Assembly (NCBI GenBank): GCA_027451365.1
Contig: DAIDJN010000081.1
Coordinates: 1-52,441 of the forward strand
DNA from: Phycisphaerales bacterium
Lineage (GTDB): Bacteria; Planctomycetota; Phycisphaerae; WQYP01
DNA length: 52,441 nt
Direction of reading: 5' to 3'
The translations under genes were made by a program, and so were the position numbers. The notes under the pieces are model-generated. The model had not been told where the DNA came from, searched no databases, and saw only the letters and a list, made by a program, of their open reading frames with translations. Within the stretch, counting starts at the first letter, position 1. Each line of letters opens with the position of its first letter. Positions 9,112-18,063 of this stretch are shown here, one piece after another.

Positions 9112-9258
9112 GCTGAGCTATCCGCCAGGAATCACCACCGCCAATACCACACGAATATCCATTGAAATCAATCTCCACATCGTTCTGCCTCCCACATTAG
9201 CCAGGGGCGTCAAAGCCAATGATGGTCAGCGGTGAATAGGTTTTGGGCGGGAAGAGCC

Positions 9259-9762
9259 ATGAAAAAGAACCTGACAAAGAAACGAAGGAAGGCCGCAGGC
9301 GGTGCGGCCACCCCTGGATTAGAGCGCCCGTACCGACAACTGGTTTCGGATATCTCCGGCCTGTCGGAACAGGTCCGACGCGGAGCAGCGCGGTCGGTTA
9401 ATACCATCTTGACTGCCACTTACTGGGCGATCGGTCGGCGGATCGTGGAGCATGAACAAGGTGGGAATGCCAGGGCGGGCTATGGGGAGAAAGTGCTGCC
9501 ACGTCTGGCCGCAGACCTGACGGCCAGACATGGCAAGGGGTTTTCGCGACGGAACATTGAGCAGATGCGGGCCTTCTTCCTTGGTTGGGAGATTGCGCAG
9601 ACACCGTCTGCGCAATTTGAAGCGAGAGCGAAATGCCCGGCGGTGCCGGGAGAATTGGCCACGACAACTGTCCAGACACCTTCAATTTCTGGCTGCGGAA
9701 GGTATCGCTGGTGGCGAATTTTGCGGGATAACCGTCCCCAACGCGTCCGCGCACATTCCTGA
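9259..9762 (+). pseudogene. Truncated YhcG/DUF1016 protein (N-terminal domain only)
   Basis: AARSVN..LTATYWAIGRRIVEHEQGG..RAGYG...L.ADLT..HGKGFSRRN..QMR.F match. The sequence diverges after ~QTPS, with no C-terminal PD-(D/E)XK domain. Confidence 0.8.
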
Positions 9763-9808
9763 TTCGGCCGGATCATTGGCGACCCATCTGAAAACGGCCA
9801 GAAAATCC

Positions 9809-9837
9809 TTGACAAACTTGCATCGCCGATGCACTAT
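9809..9837 (+). promoter_or_regulatory. Putative sigma70 promoter
   Basis: TTGACA-17 bp-CACTAT upstream of the pseudopilin gene. Confidence 0.4.
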
Positions 9838-9956
9838 GCGTGTATATGTGTGCGGGATGGATGGTTGCACACGGCATCAGGGATAATTGTTCAAGACCGT
9901 TTCATGGATGACATCGCGAACGGTTACGCCAATGGCGTGTCGGGAGATTGCCGCCC

Positions 9957-10454
9957 ATGAATGACAGATTTCGCCGCGCATTTACCCTAATGGAAATGCT
10001 GGTTGTGATTGTAATTATTATTGTGCTGATTTCCATCAGCATTGCAGTGGCCGCGCAGGTGATGCAAACCAGCGCTCGCAAATTAACCCTGATGGAACTT
10101 CATGACCTGAACAACGCGTTTCTGCTGGTGGAACACCGCACCGGTACCCAGCCGACCACAATAGTGGCGTTTCTGGAGCAGTATCAACACATGTATCTTT
10201 TTCAGGATTCCAAAGGAGTCTGGCACGAGCGGCCCAATCTGCTGACTCAATTGCCCGCCAATCTTCTGGTAACCGGTCAGATTTCTGTTCCCGGCGGGAC
10301 GACGACAGGCATTATTCAGGTGAAAGATGGATTTGGAACCCAAATTCTGCTGATGACCAGCCGATTGCAGAACCCGCACGCCCCCTGTTTTGTTTCCGCC
10401 GGGCCGGATGGTTATTTCAACACCGCCGATGACCTGCACAGTTATGACCCCTAA
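9957..10454 (+). CDS. Prepilin-type N-terminal cleavage/methylation domain protein (pseudopilin)
   Basis: RRAFTLMEMLVVIVII N-terminus; C-terminal D.FG...SAGPDG.FNTADD GspG-like motif. Confidence 0.88.
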   Translation: MNDRFRRAFTLMEMLVVIVIIIVLISISIAVAAQVMQTSARKLTLMELHDLNNAFLLVEHRTGTQPTTIVAFLEQYQHMYLFQDSKGVWHERPNLLTQLPANLLVTGQISVPGGTTTGIIQVKDGFGTQILLMTSRLQNPHAPCFVSAGPDGYFNTADDLHSYDP

Positions 10455-10500
10455 CGCTGCGGCGCGCCGTTCAGTCGCCGAATCAAGCAGATCAAACAGA

Positions 10501-10791
10501 TCAAGGCGGCGGCTGGTTATTTCGTTTGAACCAATGATTCAGCCGCTGGCGACGGGCCTGGCAATGGCAGGTTTTGCCACCGAAAAAGTTGCGTCGCAGG
10601 AGGCGGTTTATCCATTGGCCCGTCGGATGGGCGAACCAGTGAATCAAATCGCCAAGGCCTCGGACCCGGCCGGAATAATCCGGGCAAATTGTGCAGATGC
10701 CATGGCTTGGCCTGCCGCCAAATCGGCCGATAGCGCAGCAACCGCCGCCGGCAACCTGACAATCTATCCAGTGGCGGCAAAGGGTTTTCAT
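10501..10791 (-). CDS. Small Cys-rich hypothetical protein (GLGD...CxC..RR..LN motif), 96 aa
   Basis: ATGA overlap with the upstream gene's stop; 8 Cys; motif resembles small phage-associated proteins (recollection, unverified). Confidence 0.65.
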   Translation of the reverse strand: MKTLCRHWIDCQVAGGGCCAIGRFGGRPSHGICTICPDYSGRVRGLGDLIHWFAHPTGQWINRLLRRNFFGGKTCHCQARRQRLNHWFKRNNQPPP

Positions 10792-11315
10792 GCAATCTCC
10801 ACAGTACTTCGCGGGTCGCAACCACCGGTGCGGGAATAGGTTCCGCTGAATGTGGACCCGCCGACCTTCAGCCCCTGCCAGACTATTTCCCCGCCGGCGG
10901 GTGCGTTCTGGCAAACAATCTGCATGTAAAAGTTTCCAGAAGCGGTGTCAAACCAGACACTGCTGACACCCGGCGGCGCATATTGCCACATGCGGCTGGA
11001 ATGAAATTTACACGCATTGTAGCCATTGGCTCCGGAAAAACATTGGCCGTTGGAAAAGGTGCACGACGAGGAATCAAAAAACTGAAAAGTGCCATCCCAG
11101 ACGCAGTCGGCGGGCAGGCCGGCGGTGCAGTCTGAACAGGGTGAAAAATAGGTATCGGTGTAATTGAGAATGGCGATGGCACTGGGCGCGCCGACACAAG
11201 GATTGCCCCCACCGGCACAGCAGCAGCTTTCGCCGACACCGGCGAGCACCTGCCCACCGGCGGTGGAAATGCGTCTGCCGCCATCGGCACCAATTTGAGT
11301 CAGGGGTCCGGCCAT
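10788..11315 (-). CDS. Cys/Gly-rich hypothetical protein (~175 aa, 12 Cys including CCC)
   Basis: Open frame with non-random composition, translationally coupled to the next gene. Confidence 0.65.
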   Translation of the reverse strand: MAGPLTQIGADGGRRISTAGGQVLAGVGESCCCAGGGNPCVGAPSAIAILNYTDTYFSPCSDCTAGLPADCVWDGTFQFFDSSSCTFSNGQCFSGANGYNACKFHSSRMWQYAPPGVSSVWFDTASGNFYMQIVCQNAPAGGEIVWQGLKVGGSTFSGTYSRTGGCDPRSTVEIA

Positions 11316-11551
11316 GCGATATTCCGCGATTCGCCCCCAAACCATAAAGAGGCACCTAAAAGCTATAGGGCGCGATGCGAACGATAATGGTTTGGCGGCG
11401 CATGTGTGATTCGCCCGGGGCTTATGAAACCGAAGATCGCAACGAAAGAGCGGCGCGAAGCGATGGAATCAGAAACGCCGCACGAATTTGCGTTTAAGCG
11501 CGGGGGAATGCTGGTTGTAGCGCAGAATATTGGTCAGCCGGGCCGGCGGCG

Positions 11552-12331
11552 TCAGTCGGCAATCAGCGCTGCGCCGAATAGACTTACCGCATTGGCCGTG
11601 CTTAGGCGGCGGATTTCAGAAATTGAAACTTCACGTTCACATGCCAGTTGATCCGCCACATGCACCACATGGGCCGGTTCGTTAATCTTGAATTTGCGCA
11701 CCGGCTGCGGGCTTAAATAGGGCGAATCGGTTTCCAACAGGAAGCGATCTTCGGGAACAAGCTTTGCGGCCTGGCGCACAAAGGGGGCATTTTTGTAGGT
11801 CACAATGCCGGTGAAACCCAGATACGCGCCATGCTCGATCCAGCAGGCGGCTTCATGCACGGTACCCGTAAAACAATGCAACACGCATTTGATGTCGCGG
11901 AAATCGGCCATTATTTCCAGGGCGTCCTGATGGGCGTCGCGCACGTGCAGAATAACCGGCTTGCCCAGCCGCTGCGCCATTTCCAACTGCGTTCGAAACA
12001 GGGTTTTCTGCACCTGGATGGGCGACGAATTGCCGTGGTAATCCAGACCGCACTCCCCGACCGCCACCAGTTTCGCCGACGATTTTATGGACATTTCAAG
12101 ATGGGCCACATCGGCGGGAGCAATTTCGCCGGCATGATGCGGATGAATGCCCAGCGCCAGAAACACATGGGGATCGGCCTGGGCAACCTGGCGGGCAAGG
12201 ATATGATCGGCCGGATGCGTGCCGATGGTAATCATGCGCTGCACGCCGACGGCAACCGCGCGATGAATCACTTCCTGCTGGTGTTCATACAAACCGGTGT
12301 AAGTCAGATGGCAGTGGGTGTCAATAAGCAT
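11552..12331 (-). CDS. tatD: TatD family hydrolase/DNase
   Basis: MLIDTHCHL, GIHPH, VGECGLDY, LHCFTG, LLETDSPYL. Confidence 0.95.
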   Translation of the reverse strand: MLIDTHCHLTYTGLYEHQQEVIHRAVAVGVQRMITIGTHPADHILARQVAQADPHVFLALGIHPHHAGEIAPADVAHLEMSIKSSAKLVAVGECGLDYHGNSSPIQVQKTLFRTQLEMAQRLGKPVILHVRDAHQDALEIMADFRDIKCVLHCFTGTVHEAACWIEHGAYLGFTGIVTYKNAPFVRQAAKLVPEDRFLLETDSPYLSPQPVRKFKINEPAHVVHVADQLACEREVSISEIRRLSTANAVSLFGAALIAD

Positions 12332-12814
12332 GGCGGCATTGTAGCCCGGCGGCGTTCTGGTTCCAATTGTGCAACTGGCGACCACGAACTTAGCGCAATG
12401 CTTGCGTCCCGCGCACAGTTTCCAAGCCAAATGCTTACAAGAAGATTATTTGACCCGCAAATGGCGCTCATGAACGCGGTATAAAATATGTGCCACTGGG
12501 TCGTCCACACGTTTATGCGGCTGGCGATTCAGGCGGGTTCTGTGCAGGCCAGCGCCGAAAAAAAGGTGCCAGCTTCCACTGGTCACGGCAGCCCGAAAAT
12601 CTTTGCACCACATCCTTCCCGCCAGCAACCGCCGGTCCGCTACCGGCGGTTGCGTTTTTTTGGGTTCACCGCCGACCAGTTGCTTCAGCGGGCCGGAACA
12701 GATTTGGCCAATCCGTTTGAAGAAAACATTCGTACCAAATAGCGGTTATTGCGGGCCGGATTGCGGATGGTCGGTTTGGGCGCGTGGAAAACAGAGCGGG
12801 GCGGCCCAGGGGAG

Positions 12815-13804
12815 TCAATCTGTATTAAGAATGAATTTTTCCAGTGCCACTGCCACGCCGTCCTCGGCATTGGAAGGAACCACATGGCCGACGACATTGC
12901 GTACATGTTCCGGCGCGTTGGCCATCACCACACCCGTACCCGCCCATTGAAGCATGGGCAGATCATTGGCGGAGTCGCCAATCGCCATCACCTGCTGGCT
13001 GGAAACGCCATACGCATTGGCCAGGAAACCAAGGGCGCTGGCTTTGGTGATGTCCGGCGCGACAATTTGCAGCAGGCGCGATTCGCTATGAATGACATTC
13101 AGCCGGTCATGAAAGCGGCCGGGCAGAAGATAGTTAAGTTCATCAATAATTGACGGCTTGCCGTGCAGGAAAAGGCGCGTGACCGGAACGCGCAAAAACG
13201 CTTCCATGGAGGCGATGACATCCGGCGAAAAGGACCGACCGGGCGGCAGGGAATCCATGGGGACAATACCAAAATGGTCGCTGTAGAGCCGATCAATAAT
13301 TTCCACACTGGGAATGACATCCGGGCAGCGGCGACGGGCAAACGCAATGACCCGCCGCACCAGCGAATGATCAAGGCTGGCATGACGCAGAACACATTGG
13401 CGTCGTTCATCCCAGACCAACGCGCCATTATGGGACACGATTGGTGTTTCAAGTTTAAGCGCACGATGATAGAAGCGGACCGACCTTGGCGGCCGGGCCG
13501 TGGCGATGACCACTTGAATGCCGCGTTTGACGGTTTCGTACACCGCGCGATGCACACGCGGCGTGATGGATTCACGCGGATTTAGCATGGTGCCGTCCAT
13601 ATCCAGTGCGACCATCCGGATCGCATTTTGCAGCGGACGCGCCGCAACAAGACGCGAGCCAAAATCAGTGGAGGCCTGCGATATCACCGGAGTTTCGGAA
13701 ACGGACAACGGTTCATCCGCCATGGACACGCTCTTTTTCTTTCCAGCTTCCGTTTGTGACCATTGCCGGAACGACTCAAATAATTCGCTGACGGACATAA
13801 TCAT
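12815..13804 (-). CDS. Cof-type HAD-IIB family hydrolase
   Basis: ALDMDGTML, IATARP, KASAL, AIGDSANDLPML motifs; start uncertain. Confidence 0.92.
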   Translation of the reverse strand: MIMSVSELFESFRQWSQTEAGKKKSVSMADEPLSVSETPVISQASTDFGSRLVAARPLQNAIRMVALDMDGTMLNPRESITPRVHRAVYETVKRGIQVVIATARPPRSVRFYHRALKLETPIVSHNGALVWDERRQCVLRHASLDHSLVRRVIAFARRRCPDVIPSVEIIDRLYSDHFGIVPMDSLPPGRSFSPDVIASMEAFLRVPVTRLFLHGKPSIIDELNYLLPGRFHDRLNVIHSESRLLQIVAPDITKASALGFLANAYGVSSQQVMAIGDSANDLPMLQWAGTGVVMANAPEHVRNVVGHVVPSNAEDGVAVALEKFILNTD

Positions 13805-14009
13805 GCCACCTGCAAAAAACCGAAACTAATTCAAACACACCTCCCTCCGGAGATGCCGCATTTCGGCGGACAATAAGAATATCGGCTGATATCGGAACAG
13901 CGGATGAGCGTGATTCCACAAAATTCACGACAAAGCCGCGCATAAGGCGAATCAGCCGGGCTTTTGGCCACGGACTCAAGTGATTATAGGCCACTGGATG
14001 AGGGCGGGT

Positions 14010-14813
14010 TCAATTAAAACGCGACAGGAAGCGGGTCATGGCCGCGGATATGCGGTCCTGCTGTTTTGAGGAAAGCAACGCGTCAATGGAATCCACTTCC
14101 TGGGCAATCAGTTTGTCCCGACGGGCCTGAAAGCGTTTGGCATAAGCTTGGCCATCGTCCATAATTTCGCGGGCTTTGGCCTGGCGCTGGGCGTCCTTCA
14201 GCGGATCACCCGGCATTTTATTGAATTCCGCGACAAGAATTTCAATTCGCTTAAGGCTTCGGGGCGCGAAAAGCCCCTGCTGCTGGCGCTGCATTAACAG
14301 TGCAAGATTGGACTGTTCGGTGGCCACAATTCCGTTCACCTGCGTCCTGACCACACGAGGGGTATTGGCCACACGAAGCCAGTGCCGGATCATCCAGCCG
14401 CCGCGCATGGCGGCCATGGTAAGCGCTTCTTTGCAGGGATCGCCAATGCGCCGCAATCGGACTACCCAGGCCGGAGGTCGCGTGCGGGTGCGATCCGTGC
14501 GATAAATAATCTGGGGGGCCATGGTCGGGTCATCCGGATGCTGGATAATGAACAGTTGCCCATCCAGGTTCGCAAATTTGTAGGTCAGCGTGTTGTGAAC
14601 GGATTTCAGATCCACCGGATTATTCGGGCCAATCGGCCGCCGAAAGTTCACGCCGTAATTGCGGCTGATCTGAAAAAATGCGACCAGATTGTTTTGTGGT
14701 CGGCCGAAAAGATTACTCCAGTTCAGCAGGATCAGAACAATCGCAATCAAAACCGCCCCGCCGGCGATACTTAGTTTAATCAAGTCTGATTTATCAAAAT
14801 CTGAAAGCTTCAC
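14010..14813 (-). CDS. Hypothetical membrane-anchored protein
   Basis: 267-aa ORF with a single N-terminal hydrophobic helix and a helical C-terminus. Confidence 0.6.
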   Translation of the reverse strand: MKLSDFDKSDLIKLSIAGGAVLIAIVLILLNWSNLFGRPQNNLVAFFQISRNYGVNFRRPIGPNNPVDLKSVHNTLTYKFANLDGQLFIIQHPDDPTMAPQIIYRTDRTRTRPPAWVVRLRRIGDPCKEALTMAAMRGGWMIRHWLRVANTPRVVRTQVNGIVATEQSNLALLMQRQQQGLFAPRSLKRIEILVAEFNKMPGDPLKDAQRQAKAREIMDDGQAYAKRFQARRDKLIAQEVDSIDALLSSKQQDRISAAMTRFLSRFN

Positions 14814-15349
14814 AATTCGTATTCCAATGCTGATTTCAGTTTCCGGTGCCGGGTGTCATGTGGATGGTAATCCAACCCGCATTCCGGGGCCTTATATCTT
14901 TATGACTTCCCGTACAATTCACGACCCGTCCCATGGCAGGCCGCCGCAAGGTTTACAATGCCGTGCGCCGGTTTCTGGATTAACGCCGCCGCGGACCGCC
15001 GATTGCCAAATCCGCCCTGACGGCAAAACCAGATTACCACCGACCAGGCTTAAATGCCTGAACACAGCTCGGCGGAAAGCGATCTGAAACGCTTGCGCCT
15101 GTGTGCTTAATTGTAAGAACGAACGAGCCGCCTTATGGTTACACAACGTGCAGAGGCTCTGTTGTCTATGCGGAAAAAAAGCCGCAAAAAAAAGGGCCGC
15201 GTATTCAGCATACGGGCCGGCCGATGCCACAAATATGAAAATTATCCCAAAAGCCGGATGGCCCGGGCATTGCGGGCGGTCAGTGCGGCGGCGGGCGTGA
15301 ATGTCCGGACCGGTTGAGGCAACGCCTGGTTCCGCGTAAACTCCGCAGC

Positions 15350-16141
15350 ATGAGAATCATTGCGCTATTTAATCAAAAAGGCGGCGTGGGTAAAACCACC
15401 ACCGCGGTCAATTTGGGTGCCGGCATGGCGGCCGTGGGAAAAAAGACGGTTCTGCTGGATATGGACCCCCAGGGAAATTTATCATTTCATCTGGGAATTG
15501 AACCCGAAAAGATAAAACATAGCATTTACGACGTGCTGGTTCAAAAATGCACCATTGCGGATGCAACCTATCGCATAAACGACCATCTTTCGGTGGTGCC
15601 CTCCACCGCGGACCTCGCGGGAGCGGAGGTGGAACTGGTCAACGAACCGGAACGGGAACTGCGTCTTAGAAATGCGGTAAGTGCGGCCAAACTGGATGCG
15701 GATTTTCTGATTATTGACTGCCCGCCAAGTCTGGGGCTGTTGACGCTTAATTCGTTATGCCTGGCACAAGAGGTAATTATTCCGATGCAGGCGCATTTTC
15801 TGGCGCTCCAGGGAATGGCCCGCCTGCTGGACACCTGTTCGCTGGTTCAGGAGCAACTCAACCCCGCCTTGCGAATTTCCGGCATATTATTCTGCCAATA
15901 CGAACCGGCCCCCCGCCTGACCGGCGAAGTCACCAGCGAGGTAGACCAGTTTCTGGCCAATGCGCGGGGAACGGGCAAGCCCTGGTCCAATGCCATCGTG
16001 TTCCGCACGCACATTCGCCGCAATATAAGACTGGCGGAAGCTCCAAGCTTTAACCAGAGCATTTTTGATTATGCCCCCAACAGCGCCGGTGCCGGCGACT
16101 ACGGCGTTCTGGTACAGGACATTCTGGACATGACCAGCTAA
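15350..16141 (+). CDS. ParA/Soj family ATPase
   Basis: NQKGGVGKTTT, DMDPQGN, IDCPPSLG, IRRNIRLAEAPS. Confidence 0.95.
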   Translation: MRIIALFNQKGGVGKTTTAVNLGAGMAAVGKKTVLLDMDPQGNLSFHLGIEPEKIKHSIYDVLVQKCTIADATYRINDHLSVVPSTADLAGAEVELVNEPERELRLRNAVSAAKLDADFLIIDCPPSLGLLTLNSLCLAQEVIIPMQAHFLALQGMARLLDTCSLVQEQLNPALRISGILFCQYEPAPRLTGEVTSEVDQFLANARGTGKPWSNAIVFRTHIRRNIRLAEAPSFNQSIFDYAPNSAGAGDYGVLVQDILDMTS

Positions 16142-16219
16142 GAATCAGTAAGAACCAGTTTCCTTTCCGACAACGCATCGCGATTTTCAGACGCCAATTC
16201 ACCGCCGGATGCGGATCGC

Positions 16220-18052
16220 CTACCGGCCCGCCGGAAGGGGCGCCGGGCTGATGGCGACGCGGTCAAATTCCAGCAGGGTACCTTTGTCGCGCTCAAACGT
16301 AACCATATCGGTGCTGTATTGCGTGCGCGCCTGAACGTCAGCAATGCGAGCTTGGGCCAGGTCCTGCTGGGCGTTAAGCTCCAACTGCAAAAAGGTGGGA
16401 TCCAGCGCCTGGCCTGAAAGCTCCTGCACCTTTAAGCCGTGCAGAACGGCGGCGGCGGATATGCGGCGTCGTTTGGCCAGCCGAATCTGCCGCCAGTCCT
16501 GGGTAAGATTCAACAAGTCGCTGGCGACATCGCGGGCGATGTTCTGGGCATCTTCAAGCATTCGCGTCAGAGACTGGCGACGCAGCAGGGTGCGGCGGGT
16601 AAGCTGGGCACGGGCAGCCCGATTTCCGATGGGAATTTCCAATTGCATCCCCACAGAAAATCCGATGTGCGGGTCTGATACCATGCGGTTAAATCCGCCG
16701 GAAAAACTGCCATCCGGCGACAGGCCCGCCGAATCCGTGGCGGCGATCAGATCCGCTTTGGGCAGAAGCGCGTTTTCAGCCACACGACGGCGAATGCCGG
16801 CTTTTTCAACGGCAAGCCGGTCGCGCTGCATAATGCCGCGCTGACCAAGTGCGACCGCTATTTCCTGATTCAGATCAAATACAAAAGGCACAGGCTCGGG
16901 GCCGCTGGTGGGAAGAATATCGGGACCTGGACCAACCGGAATGGAGGGATCGTTTAATAGCGCTTTAAGCGCCTCGGACAGGTCCCCCACCCGCTTCCCG
17001 GCGGAGGCCGCATTGTAACGGGCCAGGTCGACCGCGGCGCGAGCCTGGTTCACCTGCACCGAATCGACATCCATATGGCGGCGACTTTGCAGGCGATGAA
17101 GCGTATGGCGTGCTTGCGCCACCAGGCGGCGCTCAAATTGCATATCCGCGACCGCCTGGCCAAGACGCAAATAAGTAATCTCTACATGTGCAACTGTTTT
17201 TATAACCCGTGACCGGAACGTGGACAGCGCTATTTGCTGATTCCGCCGGGCTATATAAATTTGGGCGCGATTCACCGATGCGCCGAAACCACGTAACAGC
17301 GGCTGTTTAAGTTCCAGCGCCATATCCGCTGTATGCGAAGGATTAATGTCCGGCGGCAGGCTGGCGGAACTGTGAAAATCCTGATAATTGTCCGAACCAG
17401 TCACAGACACCTGACCGCCCGTGGAAAGGAGTTTTTTTACTCCCATCTGGCTGTTCACCTGGTCTTCACTATTGATGCCCACCGGTGAAAAACTGCCCAG
17501 CGTCTGGGGAAACGGTGTGGGTTGGTCCAGATGCTGATATTGCGTTTGGCTAATGAAGGTGGGATCAAATGCAGCCTCGGCGGCCACTATCTGGGTTTGC
17601 GATACCGCCGGTGCGTAGGATTCAACCTTAATCGCCAGGTTGTGACGCAATGCGTCGGCAATCGCCCCCACCAATGACATGGAAACCCCGGGCGATCCGG
17701 GCTGACCAATCATGGCTCCACGGCGACTGGTGCCACCTGGCACCACGGCCATTCTGGCATGGGACGCGGCGCGCCGACCGGCAGACCGCGGAAGCAGTTC
17801 ATGCACGCCCTGGTCCACTGGCATCGTGGCAGGCCGCGTCAGCAGGCGTCCATCAAAAAGATGATGCACTAAAATGCTGTCAGCCAGCGATGCGGTTCCC
17901 GGCGTGCCACTCTGATGACGAAAAGGCGAAGCACATCCGGTAAACGAAAGGCACGCACCAGCCATCAAAAGACCGCGCAGGATACTTTGCCTGCCCAACG
18001 TACGACGCATTCGTTTCCCGCCAGGTTTCAGATGAAAATGTGTGATAGCCAT
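16220..18052 (-). CDS. TolC-family outer-membrane efflux protein (lipoprotein)
   Basis: Lipobox LSFTGC; two OEP repeats (LKQPLLRGFG, LEIPIGNRAA); start uncertain (18052/18010). Confidence 0.88.
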   Translation of the reverse strand: MAITHFHLKPGGKRMRRTLGRQSILRGLLMAGACLSFTGCASPFRHQSGTPGTASLADSILVHHLFDGRLLTRPATMPVDQGVHELLPRSAGRRAASHARMAVVPGGTSRRGAMIGQPGSPGVSMSLVGAIADALRHNLAIKVESYAPAVSQTQIVAAEAAFDPTFISQTQYQHLDQPTPFPQTLGSFSPVGINSEDQVNSQMGVKKLLSTGGQVSVTGSDNYQDFHSSASLPPDINPSHTADMALELKQPLLRGFGASVNRAQIYIARRNQQIALSTFRSRVIKTVAHVEITYLRLGQAVADMQFERRLVAQARHTLHRLQSRRHMDVDSVQVNQARAAVDLARYNAASAGKRVGDLSEALKALLNDPSIPVGPGPDILPTSGPEPVPFVFDLNQEIAVALGQRGIMQRDRLAVEKAGIRRRVAENALLPKADLIAATDSAGLSPDGSFSGGFNRMVSDPHIGFSVGMQLEIPIGNRAARAQLTRRTLLRRQSLTRMLEDAQNIARDVASDLLNLTQDWRQIRLAKRRRISAAAVLHGLKVQELSGQALDPTFLQLELNAQQDLAQARIADVQARTQYSTDMVTFERDKGTLLEFDRVAISPAPLPAGR

Positions 18053-18063
18053 ATTGAGCAATT

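Noticed and set aside
14820..15340. Possible riboswitch or ncRNA in the long intergenic regions (also 12430-12810 and 30480-30770)
   Set aside because: No recognisable conserved aptamer or tRNA motifs; an Rfam/Infernal scan would be needed
15350..16141. ParA as evidence for a plasmid or prophage
   Set aside because: No parB, rep or integrase nearby; surrounded by chromosomal genes, and orphan ParA proteins are common
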